This document shows, in pieces, positions 10,581 to 20,713 of a stretch of 64,000 nucleotides of DNA (position 1 is its first letter; every line of letters starts with the position of its first letter). Under the pieces are notes generated by a model. It was given only the letters and a program-made list of their open reading frames with translations. It did no database searches and was not told where the DNA came from. Both the position numbers and the translations under genes were made by a program. This DNA comes from a bacterium. GTDB lineage: Bacteria; Zhuqueibacterota; QNDG01. The stretch lies in assembly GCA_021158245.1 (NCBI GenBank), contig JAGGVB010000195.1, positions 265 through 64,264 of the forward strand, in the 5' to 3' direction.

Positions 10581-10620
10581 AAAAGGCAGAGAATAATAAT
10601 CCAGGAAGGTAAAAATAGTT

Positions 10621-13600
10621 TTGATAAAAGCAGTGAAAAAAACAATAATCAGGGTTTATATTTTCCTTTTGATTATTCTGAATACACCTGTTTTTTCTCA
10701 GAATAGCGTATCAGTTACATTCTGCTGTTATCCTTCAGGAGAAAACGTTGTAAGAGCATTCGTTCCTGGTACTTTTAACAACTGGGGGCCTAATTCAAAC
10801 GGACGGATTTATCTGGGATCGCTATCACAGATGACCTTTATAGATTCGCTGTGCCTTTATGTCAAAAAACAAGATCTTACGGAAGGGAGTACTTACGAAT
10901 ACAAGTTTTACGAACACTACAATGATTCGGGAACAGATTATGCATGGATTACTGATCCTCTTAATCCTGGAAAGAATTCTTCTAATTACAATAATTCAGT
11001 ACTCCATATAAAAAAAGGTTTTATTTTTGAGATTGCACCGGGGAACGGTTCAATTATTAATGATTCCCGGCCTGTTTTCAGTGCAAGTCTGTGTATTGAT
11101 GCAAAGGATTCCATTCTTACTAACCAGTCGGAAATCTTCATTGATAATGTGTTTTACGGGAATGTTGATGATATCTTTATACCTGAGTTATCCATTGTTC
11201 ATTCAAAACTGCCCTATCTTAATAACGGACTGCATTCTGTCAGGATTGAGGTTAAAACCTTAAACGGGTTGTCATTTTGCGATTCAACTGAATTCTCAGT
11301 TAAAGCAGGAGGTGTGTATTTTGTAACTCCGGATATCGACAGTCTTCTTGCTCCTGTCTATAATGTAAGATGGAAAGTTGAAACATCCCAAAAAGCAGTA
11401 AAGAAAATTACGTTCAATCAAATCGGCCGGTACCCGATTAATTTTACACCAAAATCTTCAGGACTGTATGAATATGCGATAACAGCATCGCATGGAAGAA
11501 ATCAATATCAAGTGATTGTGGAAGACACTGCTGGGGCCATATCATATTCAGATACTTTAAATCTGGTTTATCCTGTTTCAAAAAAACCGGCAGCGAGAAT
11601 AGATTTTGAGCTTCAGGGGGATGATATCTTGCTAAATGGCATCTGTGAGTATCATTACGGACAAAAATTGTCATATATCTGGAAGAATCAGGATACAAAT
11701 TCTCTTGTTATTGAAGAAGCTGAGTCTTGTACAACGCGCACCGTACGAATTCCAAAACCGGTTTTACCGGGAGATTATTCATTTAAGCTGACAATTTACG
11801 ATGAAAATGGTGATTCGGGTTCTGCTGTAAATTTTTTTACTGTGAACCGTGATTCAACTGTTACTTTTCCTGATTATGCTGCTGTTCCTCAATGGGTAAG
11901 AGATACGCGTATTTATTCATTGTTTTTTAAATCTTTTACTGCTGAAGCTACGATTGCAGCAGCAACACAAAAGCTTGATTATATAAAAGATATGGGATTT
12001 AATGTTATTTGGGTACTGCCTGTCATGGATGTTGAGGGAGAAATTGACAGAAATACAAATATAGGGTATAATATAATTAATTTATATAAAATAGAGCCGT
12101 CTTACGGAACCTCAGAAGATTTCAGGCAATTTGTAAAAGAGGCGCACAGAAGAGGTCTTAGGGTCATTCTTGATGTTACACCTAATCATGTCAGCCGTTC
12201 ACATCCTATTGCCCTTGATGTACGTTCAAAAGGTATTTACAGCAGATATTATGACTTTTTTCAGCACAAAATTATCCCGCATAATGATAACGGCCTGGGC
12301 CAGACAGTATCTCAGGACGGCATTGTTTATTATACGGGATTTTCAAGTGCACTCTTAAACTGGAACTGGTCAGATGATGAAGCCCGCAAGTACATGCTGG
12401 ATGTTTATACATATTGGCTGCAGGAGTACAACATAGACGGTTTCAGGTTTGACGTTTATTGGGGGCCTCACAGGCGTTACGGAAGAGAAGATTTTGATAT
12501 CCATTTGAGGGAAGCTTTGCGAAAGCAAAAAGCCGACATTTTCCTCCTCGGAGAGACCTCAGGTACCGGAGAAGGTACAGAGGCTCAGTATGCTGATAAG
12601 GGAGGAGGAATAGACGCTGCGTATGACTGGGTATTCAGCGGAACAGTTGCGTCATTCCCGTCTGTAGTATCTTTGGATGGAGTTTTGTATAACAGCGGAT
12701 TCAGGCCCGGGCAAAATTCATATTTTTTAAGATTTCTTGAAAATCATGATGAATTACGTGTGGCATACAGGTACAACAGTATTAACAAAACAATACCCGT
12801 ATCAACAGCCATGTTTCTATCAACCGGAATCCCTATGATCTGGCAGGGGCAGGAAGTGGGAATGGGTTATGAAATGACCGGATCAAAGGAGTATCTTGCA
12901 CGTTCAATCGTACAATGGGATTTATCCGGAAGAGAGAAGATTCTCGTCCATTATCAGAAACTTGCCCAGATAAGAAAACAGTTCCCTGCATTCGGACACC
13001 AGCCTGAAGATACGAATGGTGATAATAAAATTAACAGTGCAGATGAAAATGTTATACCGCGCTTAAGTACCTCGGATTCTAAAGTTTTTGCTTTTGCAAG
13101 GCCGTGGAAAGACAGAAACGGACTCGTTGTAATCAACATGGGCCCTTCCCGGACAGATGTTCAGGTTAACCTGAATCTGGCAAATTGGGCCAAATTTTCA
13201 CATGTATATTCCGGTGATAACAAGTACTTTTTGAATGACTTATACAACAATAATTCAATCATGGAACAGGGGAAAGAACTTGATACACTAAGTGTGAATT
13301 TAGGGCCTTATGATGTTGCTGTATTTACAATCTCCTGTACAAAAGATTCCTTGATTCTGCCTGAAATCAAAACCGGATTTAAACAGGATAATGAAAAACA
13401 TTTACCTGCAGAATTTCAACTTATGCAGAATTTCCCAAATCCCTTTAATGGAGAGACTGCCATCAATTACAATATTGTGTGCAGCGGAGAGGTTGAACTC
13501 TCAATTTTTAACATAAGAGGACAGAGGATAAAAACAATTATTAACAAGCATCAAAACCCTGGTTTTTATTCAGTATCATGGAATGGCAGGGATGACGGCG

Positions 13601-13686
13601 GTTTAAGTGTCAGCAGCGGGATATATTTATGTGTTCTCAGGTTTAATAAAATTATTAATGTTAAGAAATTAATTTTAAGCAGATAA
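10621..13686 (+). CDS. GH13 alpha-amylase-family enzyme with N-terminal CBM48-like domain and T9SS CTD
   Basis: Catalytic motifs DGFRFDV, LLGET, FLENHDE; LDVTPNH; CTD QNFPNPFNGET; TTG start. Confidence 0.9.
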   Translation: MIKAVKKTIIRVYIFLLIILNTPVFSQNSVSVTFCCYPSGENVVRAFVPGTFNNWGPNSNGRIYLGSLSQMTFIDSLCLYVKKQDLTEGSTYEYKFYEHYNDSGTDYAWITDPLNPGKNSSNYNNSVLHIKKGFIFEIAPGNGSIINDSRPVFSASLCIDAKDSILTNQSEIFIDNVFYGNVDDIFIPELSIVHSKLPYLNNGLHSVRIEVKTLNGLSFCDSTEFSVKAGGVYFVTPDIDSLLAPVYNVRWKVETSQKAVKKITFNQIGRYPINFTPKSSGLYEYAITASHGRNQYQVIVEDTAGAISYSDTLNLVYPVSKKPAARIDFELQGDDILLNGICEYHYGQKLSYIWKNQDTNSLVIEEAESCTTRTVRIPKPVLPGDYSFKLTIYDENGDSGSAVNFFTVNRDSTVTFPDYAAVPQWVRDTRIYSLFFKSFTAEATIAAATQKLDYIKDMGFNVIWVLPVMDVEGEIDRNTNIGYNIINLYKIEPSYGTSEDFRQFVKEAHRRGLRVILDVTPNHVSRSHPIALDVRSKGIYSRYYDFFQHKIIPHNDNGLGQTVSQDGIVYYTGFSSALLNWNWSDDEARKYMLDVYTYWLQEYNIDGFRFDVYWGPHRRYGREDFDIHLREALRKQKADIFLLGETSGTGEGTEAQYADKGGGIDAAYDWVFSGTVASFPSVVSLDGVLYNSGFRPGQNSYFLRFLENHDELRVAYRYNSINKTIPVSTAMFLSTGIPMIWQGQEVGMGYEMTGSKEYLARSIVQWDLSGREKILVHYQKLAQIRKQFPAFGHQPEDTNGDNKINSADENVIPRLSTSDSKVFAFARPWKDRNGLVVINMGPSRTDVQVNLNLANWAKFSHVYSGDNKYFLNDLYNNNSIMEQGKELDTLSVNLGPYDVAVFTISCTKDSLILPEIKTGFKQDNEKHLPAEFQLMQNFPNPFNGETAINYNIVCSGEVELSIFNIRGQRIKTIINKHQNPGFYSVSWNGRDDGGLSVSSGIYLCVLRFNKIINVKKLILSR

Positions 13687-16094
13687 TGAAAAGATATACA
13701 CAAATTATTATAATTCTCCTGCTGTGTGCAGGCTCTCTTTTTGGGCAGAATTCATACAGAGCCGGCCATTATCAGGAATATTTTGTAAAAAATAACAGAA
13801 TAATTGTCAAGTTTGATTCTGTTGATATTTCCATATCCTTTTTAAAAGATAATATTTTCAGGTTTGCAATATCCGGGAAAGATGCAGAAAATGAAAGTGT
13901 TTCCGAAGTAGTTTATAAAAATGCGTTACTCCTTGATAGTTTAAAAATTAAATCCTGCCGAAATGCAATTTCCATTTCATATAAAAAAGTAAATTTGAAA
14001 GTAAATACAAATCCTTTGTCAATAAAAGTTGTAAATGAAAAGGGAAATACAATTTTAGAAGGTTTTCAGGAAGAAATGGTTAAAATTTCCGGACAATCCG
14101 TTAGGATAACCTTTAAAATGCAGAAGAACGACCATTTTTACGGTTTCGGAGAAAAGTGTCTGCCTTTTGACCGCAGGGGATACAAGTTCAGAATGTACAA
14201 TACCCAGGTTTATGGCTACAGAAAAGAAACATCGGTAATGAGTATAAATATTCCTTTCTTCATTAATCCTGCAGGTTACGGGCTCTATTTTGATTCCTTT
14301 AAACCGTCATTTTTCGATCTCGGCAATTCTGATAAGGATTGTTTTTACTTCAGCGCTAATGAGAGGAATCTTTCATTTTATATGATTATCGGCAATAGTA
14401 TAAAAAAAATTCTTTCCAATTATACATGGCTGACCGGAAGACAGCCCATGCCGCCCAGATGGGCAATGGGTTACCTACAGTCAAAATACGGGTATAAAAA
14501 CGAAAAAGAGGCCAGGGATATTGTAAATTCATTTATTAAAAAAAGAATACCTTTAAGTGCTTTGATTCTCGATCTGTACTGGTTCGGCGGAATGCAGAAG
14601 ATGGGTGCACTGAATTGGGATGAGAAATTATGGCCTGGATCGAATTCAATGGTAGAGGATTTTCTCTCTTCAGGTGTTAGAACTGTTTTGATAGAAGAAC
14701 CATATGTAAATATTCAATCGACAAATTTTAAGGAGGCCGATTCTTTATCATATTTTGGATTCGATAAATCCGGCTCTGCATTAATTGATTCAACCTGGGC
14801 CGGACAGTGTGCTGTCATTGATATGACAAATCCGAAAGCAGCTGAATGGTGGTGGAAAAAGCACGTCCCTCTTATTAAGACCGGAATTGCCGGATGGTGG
14901 ACGGATTTGGGAGAACCTGAATCAAATCCTCCTGAAATGAATTATTTGAAAGGCAGATCCTGCACGATTAATAATATCTATAATTTAATATGGAGCAGAA
15001 CTCTTTTTAAAGGATATGAATCGGATTTTCCGAACAAACGCGTTTTTATGCTGACAAGATCCGGTTTTGCAGGAATGCAGAGATGGGGCACCTTCCCGTG
15101 GTCAGGCGATGTGGACAGAAGCTTCGGAGGACTTAAGTGCCAGATTCCAATAATGCTTGGAATGGGTATGTCCGGTGTCGGGTTCATGCATTCGGATATC
15201 GGAGGTTATGTGGGAAAACCTGATTCCGAACTCTATGCGAGATGGATAGCGTTTGGTGCATTTTCCCCGATAATGCGTGCACATGGAGTTGAAAAAGGTA
15301 CAGAGCCGTGGTCTTTTGGCGAAGAGACAGAAAAGATTGCGAGAAGATATATTGATATCAGGTATAAACTTAGACCCTACAATTACTCCCTTGCCTACCT
15401 CAACCATATTAAAGGATGGCCTCTTGCAAGGCCTCTGGTTTTCAATTATCCTGATGATGAGAAAGTTTTAAATATGTCCGATGAATATCTGTGGGGTGAT
15501 GATTTCCTTGTTGCTCCTGTACTTGAAAAAGGTGTCAGAACACGCGATGTATATTTCCCTGAGGGAGAATGGATTGATTTCTGGAGCGGCAAAATATTTT
15601 ACGGCAAAAGTACACAAAAAGTAAGCGCTCCTTTGGACAAAATACCTGTATTTATAAGAAACGGCGCAATTATTCCGCAGCTTTACAGCTCTTCTCCAAA
15701 CAAGCAGCTTAACAGAGATACTCTTGTTGTAGATTTTTATCCGAAAGGGTATTCGAAATTTACTCTGTATGAAGATGACTGTGAAACGAATGAATATATG
15801 TCAGGAATGTACGCAACAACATTTTTTTATCTGAAAGAAGAAGTTAATCTTGTAAATGTTTATATAGGGCCTTGTACGGGAACATATTCCAATAAGCCTG
15901 ATATTAGATTATATTTGCTGAAAATACACAATGTTAAAACCAAACCTGTTTTTGTTTCCGTAAACAAAGGAATTATTTCAAAAAAGAACAAAAAATTTGC
16001 AGAAAGATGGATATATAACAGTCCGGATAAAACACTGAAGATATTCATTTCTGCTCATTCTAATAAATCTTACTTTATCAAATACTGCTTGTAA
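13686..16094 (+). CDS. GH31 alpha-glucosidase-family glycoside hydrolase
   Basis: GWWTDLGEPE nucleophile and WSGDV acid/base motifs; LTGRQPMPPRWAMGYLQS; start overlaps upstream stop (TAATG). Confidence 0.92.
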   Translation: MKRYTQIIIILLLCAGSLFGQNSYRAGHYQEYFVKNNRIIVKFDSVDISISFLKDNIFRFAISGKDAENESVSEVVYKNALLLDSLKIKSCRNAISISYKKVNLKVNTNPLSIKVVNEKGNTILEGFQEEMVKISGQSVRITFKMQKNDHFYGFGEKCLPFDRRGYKFRMYNTQVYGYRKETSVMSINIPFFINPAGYGLYFDSFKPSFFDLGNSDKDCFYFSANERNLSFYMIIGNSIKKILSNYTWLTGRQPMPPRWAMGYLQSKYGYKNEKEARDIVNSFIKKRIPLSALILDLYWFGGMQKMGALNWDEKLWPGSNSMVEDFLSSGVRTVLIEEPYVNIQSTNFKEADSLSYFGFDKSGSALIDSTWAGQCAVIDMTNPKAAEWWWKKHVPLIKTGIAGWWTDLGEPESNPPEMNYLKGRSCTINNIYNLIWSRTLFKGYESDFPNKRVFMLTRSGFAGMQRWGTFPWSGDVDRSFGGLKCQIPIMLGMGMSGVGFMHSDIGGYVGKPDSELYARWIAFGAFSPIMRAHGVEKGTEPWSFGEETEKIARRYIDIRYKLRPYNYSLAYLNHIKGWPLARPLVFNYPDDEKVLNMSDEYLWGDDFLVAPVLEKGVRTRDVYFPEGEWIDFWSGKIFYGKSTQKVSAPLDKIPVFIRNGAIIPQLYSSSPNKQLNRDTLVVDFYPKGYSKFTLYEDDCETNEYMSGMYATTFFYLKEEVNLVNVYIGPCTGTYSNKPDIRLYLLKIHNVKTKPVFVSVNKGIISKKNKKFAERWIYNSPDKTLKIFISAHSNKSYFIKYCL

Positions 16095-16117
16095 TAATAA
16101 ACTGGCAAGGAGGAGAC

Positions 16118-18328
16118 ATGGCAATAGTTGATTATCTTATAGTGATAATTTATATAATTGCAATTATTTTTGTCGGCATAATAGTTCAGCGAAAAGCATC
16201 GGCTGGTATTGATTCATATTTCCTCGGCAACAGGCATCTGCCCTGGTGGGCTTTGGGAGCATCAGGCATGGCTTCCAATCTTGATGTGAGCGGAACCATG
16301 ATAAATACTGCATGGATTTTTGCACTCGGCGCAACAGGAATGTTTATTGAGATCAGAGGCGGTGTCACTCTTATAATGGCATTTCTTATGATATTTATGG
16401 GCAAATGGAACCGCAGAGCAAGAGTCATGACTATGGCAGAGTGGATGCGGTTCAGATTCGGGCCCAAAAGGGAAGGGGATGTCGCAAGGCTGGTTTCCGC
16501 TATCTCTATAATTATAGTAACTATTGCAATGGTGACCTATTTTGCAGTAGGCTCAGGTAAATTTATCAGTACATTCCTCGGCATACCTGATATAGGCAGA
16601 ATAGAAGATCCTCTTACTCAGGAAGAGGTAAAATCTCTTGAAAGTTCAATCGAGATTGTGAAAAACAGGACGGATATTTTTCTGTCTGATGTTACTCAGG
16701 CATCTATGGAACTGCCTATGGCAAAATCGATGGAACGGGGAATGCAAAACATTGAATCCGGGTTTTTATCTATAAAAGAACACCCGAATAATATTACAAA
16801 ATTATCGCGATTATCCCTGAAATTAAAAGATCAGTCTAATTTAATAAAATCAATCCGGCGGTCAGATAAATTTACTCAAATAATAAATAAAGAGCCTGAC
16901 GGAGATTTATCTCTGCATTTTAATGACTTGTCAGCTCAATTCCTGAATTTTGAGCAGCAGTTTCAGAATTCGGCCTGTTATTCGATTTTTATTAGGGCAC
17001 AATTTCTTGCTGCTTTTATGATGATATTTCTTGCCATGATTTATACTGTTGCCAGCGGATTGTATGGAGTTGTCTGGACAGATGTTTTCCAGGGGGCGCT
17101 GATTTTCGGAACAATATTCTATATATGTGTTACAACTTTTACAAATTTTAGAGTCCCGGAGAAATTTTTTATCTCAATACCCATGAAAGACGGTACTTTT
17201 CAGGCGCTGTCAACAACGAGAGAGGTGTGGACAAGCATTATACCGTCATTTCAGCTGCATTTTCCTGCTGATTCTGTTTATTCAATTTACAATCTGTTCG
17301 GAATTGCAATTCTTTTCTATTTGATAAAAGTAACTATTGAGGGAAGTGGAGGAACCTCTGGATACATGATTCAGAGGTATTTTGCATCTAAGAGCGACAG
17401 AGAGGCCGGGCTGCTCTCTCTGTTCTGGACATTCCTGCTCTCATTCAGATGGCCGTTTATTGCTTCAATTGCTGTTATGGGTGTTGTTTTCGGCACAACC
17501 AACGGAGTGATTAACGACCCCGAAACAGTGTTGCCTATTGTTATAAATAAACTGGTTCCTGCCGGAGTAAAAGGATTTCTCGTTGCAGGGTTGATTGCAG
17601 CAGCAATGTCGACTTTTGACTCTACGGTTAATGCGGGGGCATCGTACTGGGTCAAGGATATTTATCAGGCATATTTAAACCCGAAAGCATCTGAAAAGAA
17701 ATTAATGCTTCACAGCAGGTGGGCATCAGTTATAATTGTAATTTTCGGACTTATATTCAGCCTGTTCATTAAAAATATTAATGAAATTTGGGGATGGATA
17801 ACAATGAGCATCGGGGCAGGAATGATCATCCCGACTCTTGTTCGCTGGTACTGGTGGAGGCTTAACGGATATGGGTTTGCAATAGGAACTGCTGCAGGAA
17901 TGATAGCTGCAATTATCCAGAGAATTATGTTTCCTCATGTGCCTGAGTATGTTTCGTTTGCTTTTGCCAGCAGTATCTCCTTTGCTGCCATGCTTATAGG
18001 AACATACGCTACCAGGCCGACAGATGACGATGTACTTTTTGAATTCTATAAAACGACCCGTCCGTTTGGGTTTTGGAGAAGTGTTCGTAAAAGATTTCCC
18101 GAATCTTTGCTTGCGAAAATTGATACTGAAAACCGCAGAGATAAACGTGCAATATGGCTTGCAGTTCCGTGGCAGCTTGTAATGTTTCTTATGTGGATAA
18201 CGCTTATTATGAGACAGTGGGTGTACTTTTTTGAACTTCTTGCTGTATTAATTGCCCTTTCAGCCAGTCTCTATTTTATGTGGTTCAGGCATCTCTCAAA
18301 GGAAGTCAAAGTAGAAGCTGAAGTTTAA
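16118..18328 (+). CDS. Sodium:solute symporter (SSS family) with a large soluble insertion
   Basis: SYFLGNRHLPWW, SGLYGVVWTD, QRYFASKS, GLIAAAMSTFDS motifs; hydrophilic segment at about aa 158-292. Confidence 0.9.
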   Translation: MAIVDYLIVIIYIIAIIFVGIIVQRKASAGIDSYFLGNRHLPWWALGASGMASNLDVSGTMINTAWIFALGATGMFIEIRGGVTLIMAFLMIFMGKWNRRARVMTMAEWMRFRFGPKREGDVARLVSAISIIIVTIAMVTYFAVGSGKFISTFLGIPDIGRIEDPLTQEEVKSLESSIEIVKNRTDIFLSDVTQASMELPMAKSMERGMQNIESGFLSIKEHPNNITKLSRLSLKLKDQSNLIKSIRRSDKFTQIINKEPDGDLSLHFNDLSAQFLNFEQQFQNSACYSIFIRAQFLAAFMMIFLAMIYTVASGLYGVVWTDVFQGALIFGTIFYICVTTFTNFRVPEKFFISIPMKDGTFQALSTTREVWTSIIPSFQLHFPADSVYSIYNLFGIAILFYLIKVTIEGSGGTSGYMIQRYFASKSDREAGLLSLFWTFLLSFRWPFIASIAVMGVVFGTTNGVINDPETVLPIVINKLVPAGVKGFLVAGLIAAAMSTFDSTVNAGASYWVKDIYQAYLNPKASEKKLMLHSRWASVIIVIFGLIFSLFIKNINEIWGWITMSIGAGMIIPTLVRWYWWRLNGYGFAIGTAAGMIAAIIQRIMFPHVPEYVSFAFASSISFAAMLIGTYATRPTDDDVLFEFYKTTRPFGFWRSVRKRFPESLLAKIDTENRRDKRAIWLAVPWQLVMFLMWITLIMRQWVYFFELLAVLIALSASLYFMWFRHLSKEVKVEAEV

Positions 18329-18343
18329 TAAATTGAGGAGTTT

Positions 18344-19834
18344 ATGGAAAACAGAAAAAGCGGCCTTCTCCTTCATATAACCTCTCTGCCGTCTAAGTTC
18401 GGCATAGGAGATTTGGGCCCTTCGGCATATAAATTTGTGGATTTCTTAAAAGAGGCAGGCCAGCATTTTTGGCAGATTTTACCTTTAAATCCAACTGACC
18501 TTTATCACGATAATTCACCATACCGCAGTGTTTCGGCATTTGCATTTAACACTCTTTTAATTAGCCCTGAGTTTTTGGTGCACGACGGGCTTGTTGATTC
18601 TGATGATATTAATATCAATATTGATAAAAACAGAATTGATTATAAAAAAGTCACATCCTGGAAGCAGGGGGTTTTTGAGAAAGCATTTTCGAAATTTTCT
18701 TTATTAAAAAATGAAACAGAGTTTGAAGAATTCTGCATTAAAAATCAGTCATGGTTGGAAGATTTTGCTCTTTTTACTGCTTTAAAAGAACATTTTAAGG
18801 GCAAGTCGTGGATTGAATGGCCTGATCCTTTAAAAAACCGCAACAAAGAGATTTTGTCAAAAATGCGTAATGAACTCGGATCAGGAATCATGAAAGTAAA
18901 GTTCCTCCAATATATTTTTTATAAGCAGTGGAACCAGTTAAAGAAATACTGTAATGATAATGGAGTAGAGATAATCGGAGATATCCCGATTTATGTGACA
19001 CTTGACAGTTCAGACGTGTGGACGAATTCCGAGCTTTTTAAACTTGACGAAAATAAAAATCCGATTAAAGTTGCAGGCGTACCGCCTGATTATTTCAGTA
19101 AAACCGGCCAGTTATGGAGTAATCCTGTTTACAGATGGGATATCATGAAAAAAAACAGGTACAAGTGGTGGATTGACAGGGTACGCCACAATGAAAATAT
19201 ATTTGATATATTCAGGATTGACCATTTTAGAGGATTTATTGCCTTTTGGGAAGTTGATGCTAAGGAAGATACGGCAAAGAACGGAACATGGGTTAAGGCT
19301 CCGGCAAAAGATTTTTTTCGTACTCTGACCGCTGAATTGCCCGGGCTAAAGATAATTGCAGAGGATTTAGGATCTATAACTCCTGATGTCGTAGAAATAA
19401 TTGATATTTTTAATTTTCCGGGTATGCGTGTTATACAATTCGCTTTCGGAAAGAATTTTCCGAAGAGTGAGCATTTACCGGATAATGTGATTACAAACTG
19501 TTTATTCTATACAGGAACTCACGATAATAACACTGTTAAGGGCTGGTTTAAAAAAGAGACTGATAAAAAGCAGCGCAGAAGAGTTTCTGAATATGCAGGG
19601 CAAAAAGTTACAAAGAAAAATGTAGCAGATATTATGATAAAACTTGTAATGGATTCAAAAGCAAATATCTGCATTATTCCGGTGCAGGATATTCTTTCAC
19701 TTGATGAAAAAAGCAGGATGAATATTCCTGCAATAAATAGAGGTAATTGGAGATGGAAGCTGAAAGAGGGGCAGTTAGAAAATACCATTGTTGCTCAATT
19801 ATCAAAGATGGTGAAAATTTATCGCAGGAAATAA
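18344..19834 (+). CDS. malQ: 4-alpha-glucanotransferase (GH77)
   Basis: RKSGLLLHITSLPS, GVPPDYFSKTGQLW.NP, RIDHFRGF, IIAEDLG, YTGTHDNNT. Confidence 0.95.
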   Translation: MENRKSGLLLHITSLPSKFGIGDLGPSAYKFVDFLKEAGQHFWQILPLNPTDLYHDNSPYRSVSAFAFNTLLISPEFLVHDGLVDSDDININIDKNRIDYKKVTSWKQGVFEKAFSKFSLLKNETEFEEFCIKNQSWLEDFALFTALKEHFKGKSWIEWPDPLKNRNKEILSKMRNELGSGIMKVKFLQYIFYKQWNQLKKYCNDNGVEIIGDIPIYVTLDSSDVWTNSELFKLDENKNPIKVAGVPPDYFSKTGQLWSNPVYRWDIMKKNRYKWWIDRVRHNENIFDIFRIDHFRGFIAFWEVDAKEDTAKNGTWVKAPAKDFFRTLTAELPGLKIIAEDLGSITPDVVEIIDIFNFPGMRVIQFAFGKNFPKSEHLPDNVITNCLFYTGTHDNNTVKGWFKKETDKKQRRRVSEYAGQKVTKKNVADIMIKLVMDSKANICIIPVQDILSLDEKSRMNIPAINRGNWRWKLKEGQLENTIVAQLSKMVKIYRRK

Positions 19835-20041
19835 AAAATTTGTCTGCTGTTAGGAGATTTTTATAATGCAGGGCAGAATTATTGAATTTATTTTTAAATA
19901 AGTACTGCAAATTTAGCAGGAGGGAAAACGTGTTATATAAAGTACACAGATATTGTAAAATTAACTTGCATTTTACTATGAGAATTTTTATAATATCTGT
20001 CTGCATTAAATCATTCCACCTATCAGAGAGTGGAACAGTTT

Positions 20042-20713
20042 ATGGAAGTTGGAATTGTTATTCCGGCATATAATGCCGAGTCAAATATAAAGAACGTTCT
20101 TTTAAAAATTTTTAAGTACGTAAAGCCGGATAATATTTTTGTAATAGATGACGGATCTGCAGACAGAACATCGGAAATTGCTGATGAATTAAATGTAAAA
20201 TGTATTCGTCACAATACAAATCTCGGTAAAGGAGAAGCTCTTAAAACCGGTTTCAGTGCGGCAGGGAAAACAGGGGTGGATGCGGTTATCACTATTGACA
20301 GTGACGGGCAGCATGACCCTGATAAAATTCCAGAATTTATCAGGATTATGGAGCATAACAATTCGGATATTGTTTTGGGAACAAGATCATTCGGATTATC
20401 AAATATGCCGATTGATCGGATTTTGTCAAACAGGCTAAGCTCTCTTGTCGTATCTCTTGTCTGCGGAAAATGGATTCCTGACAGCCAGTGCGGATACAGA
20501 ATGATCAGGCTGAAAAGCCTTGATGCTCTTTCTCTTACAAGCAGTAATTTTGAACTTGAGAGTGAACTTCTGATTAAAGCTGCACGGCAGAAGAGGAATA
20601 TTACTTTTTGTCCTGTTCCTGTAATTTATAACGGGACAGGCAGTAAAATTAACAGATTAAAAGATACTAAGCGTTTTTGTAAAATGATTATTGGAATTAT
20701 CGGAAAAAGATGA
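20042..20713 (+). CDS. Glycosyltransferase family 2 (DPM-synthase-like)
   Basis: IVIPAYN, VIDDGSADRT, NLGKGEAL, IDSDGQHDP, DSQCGYR; start 20042 preferred over GTG 20030. Confidence 0.9.
   Translation: MEVGIVIPAYNAESNIKNVLLKIFKYVKPDNIFVIDDGSADRTSEIADELNVKCIRHNTNLGKGEALKTGFSAAGKTGVDAVITIDSDGQHDPDKIPEFIRIMEHNNSDIVLGTRSFGLSNMPIDRILSNRLSSLVVSLVCGKWIPDSQCGYRMIRLKSLDALSLTSSNFELESELLIKAARQKRNITFCPVPVIYNGTGSKINRLKDTKRFCKMIIGIIGKR

Noticed and set aside
19862-20008. Possible second MITE copy (ATAATGCAGG ... CTGCATTAA)
   Set aside because: The arms are in the opposite orientation to the 45.3-kb element, are imperfect, and have no target duplication
19882-20073. 63-aa ORF between malQ and GT2
   Set aside because: AT-rich, no motif, and overlaps the GT2 start; probably promoter DNA
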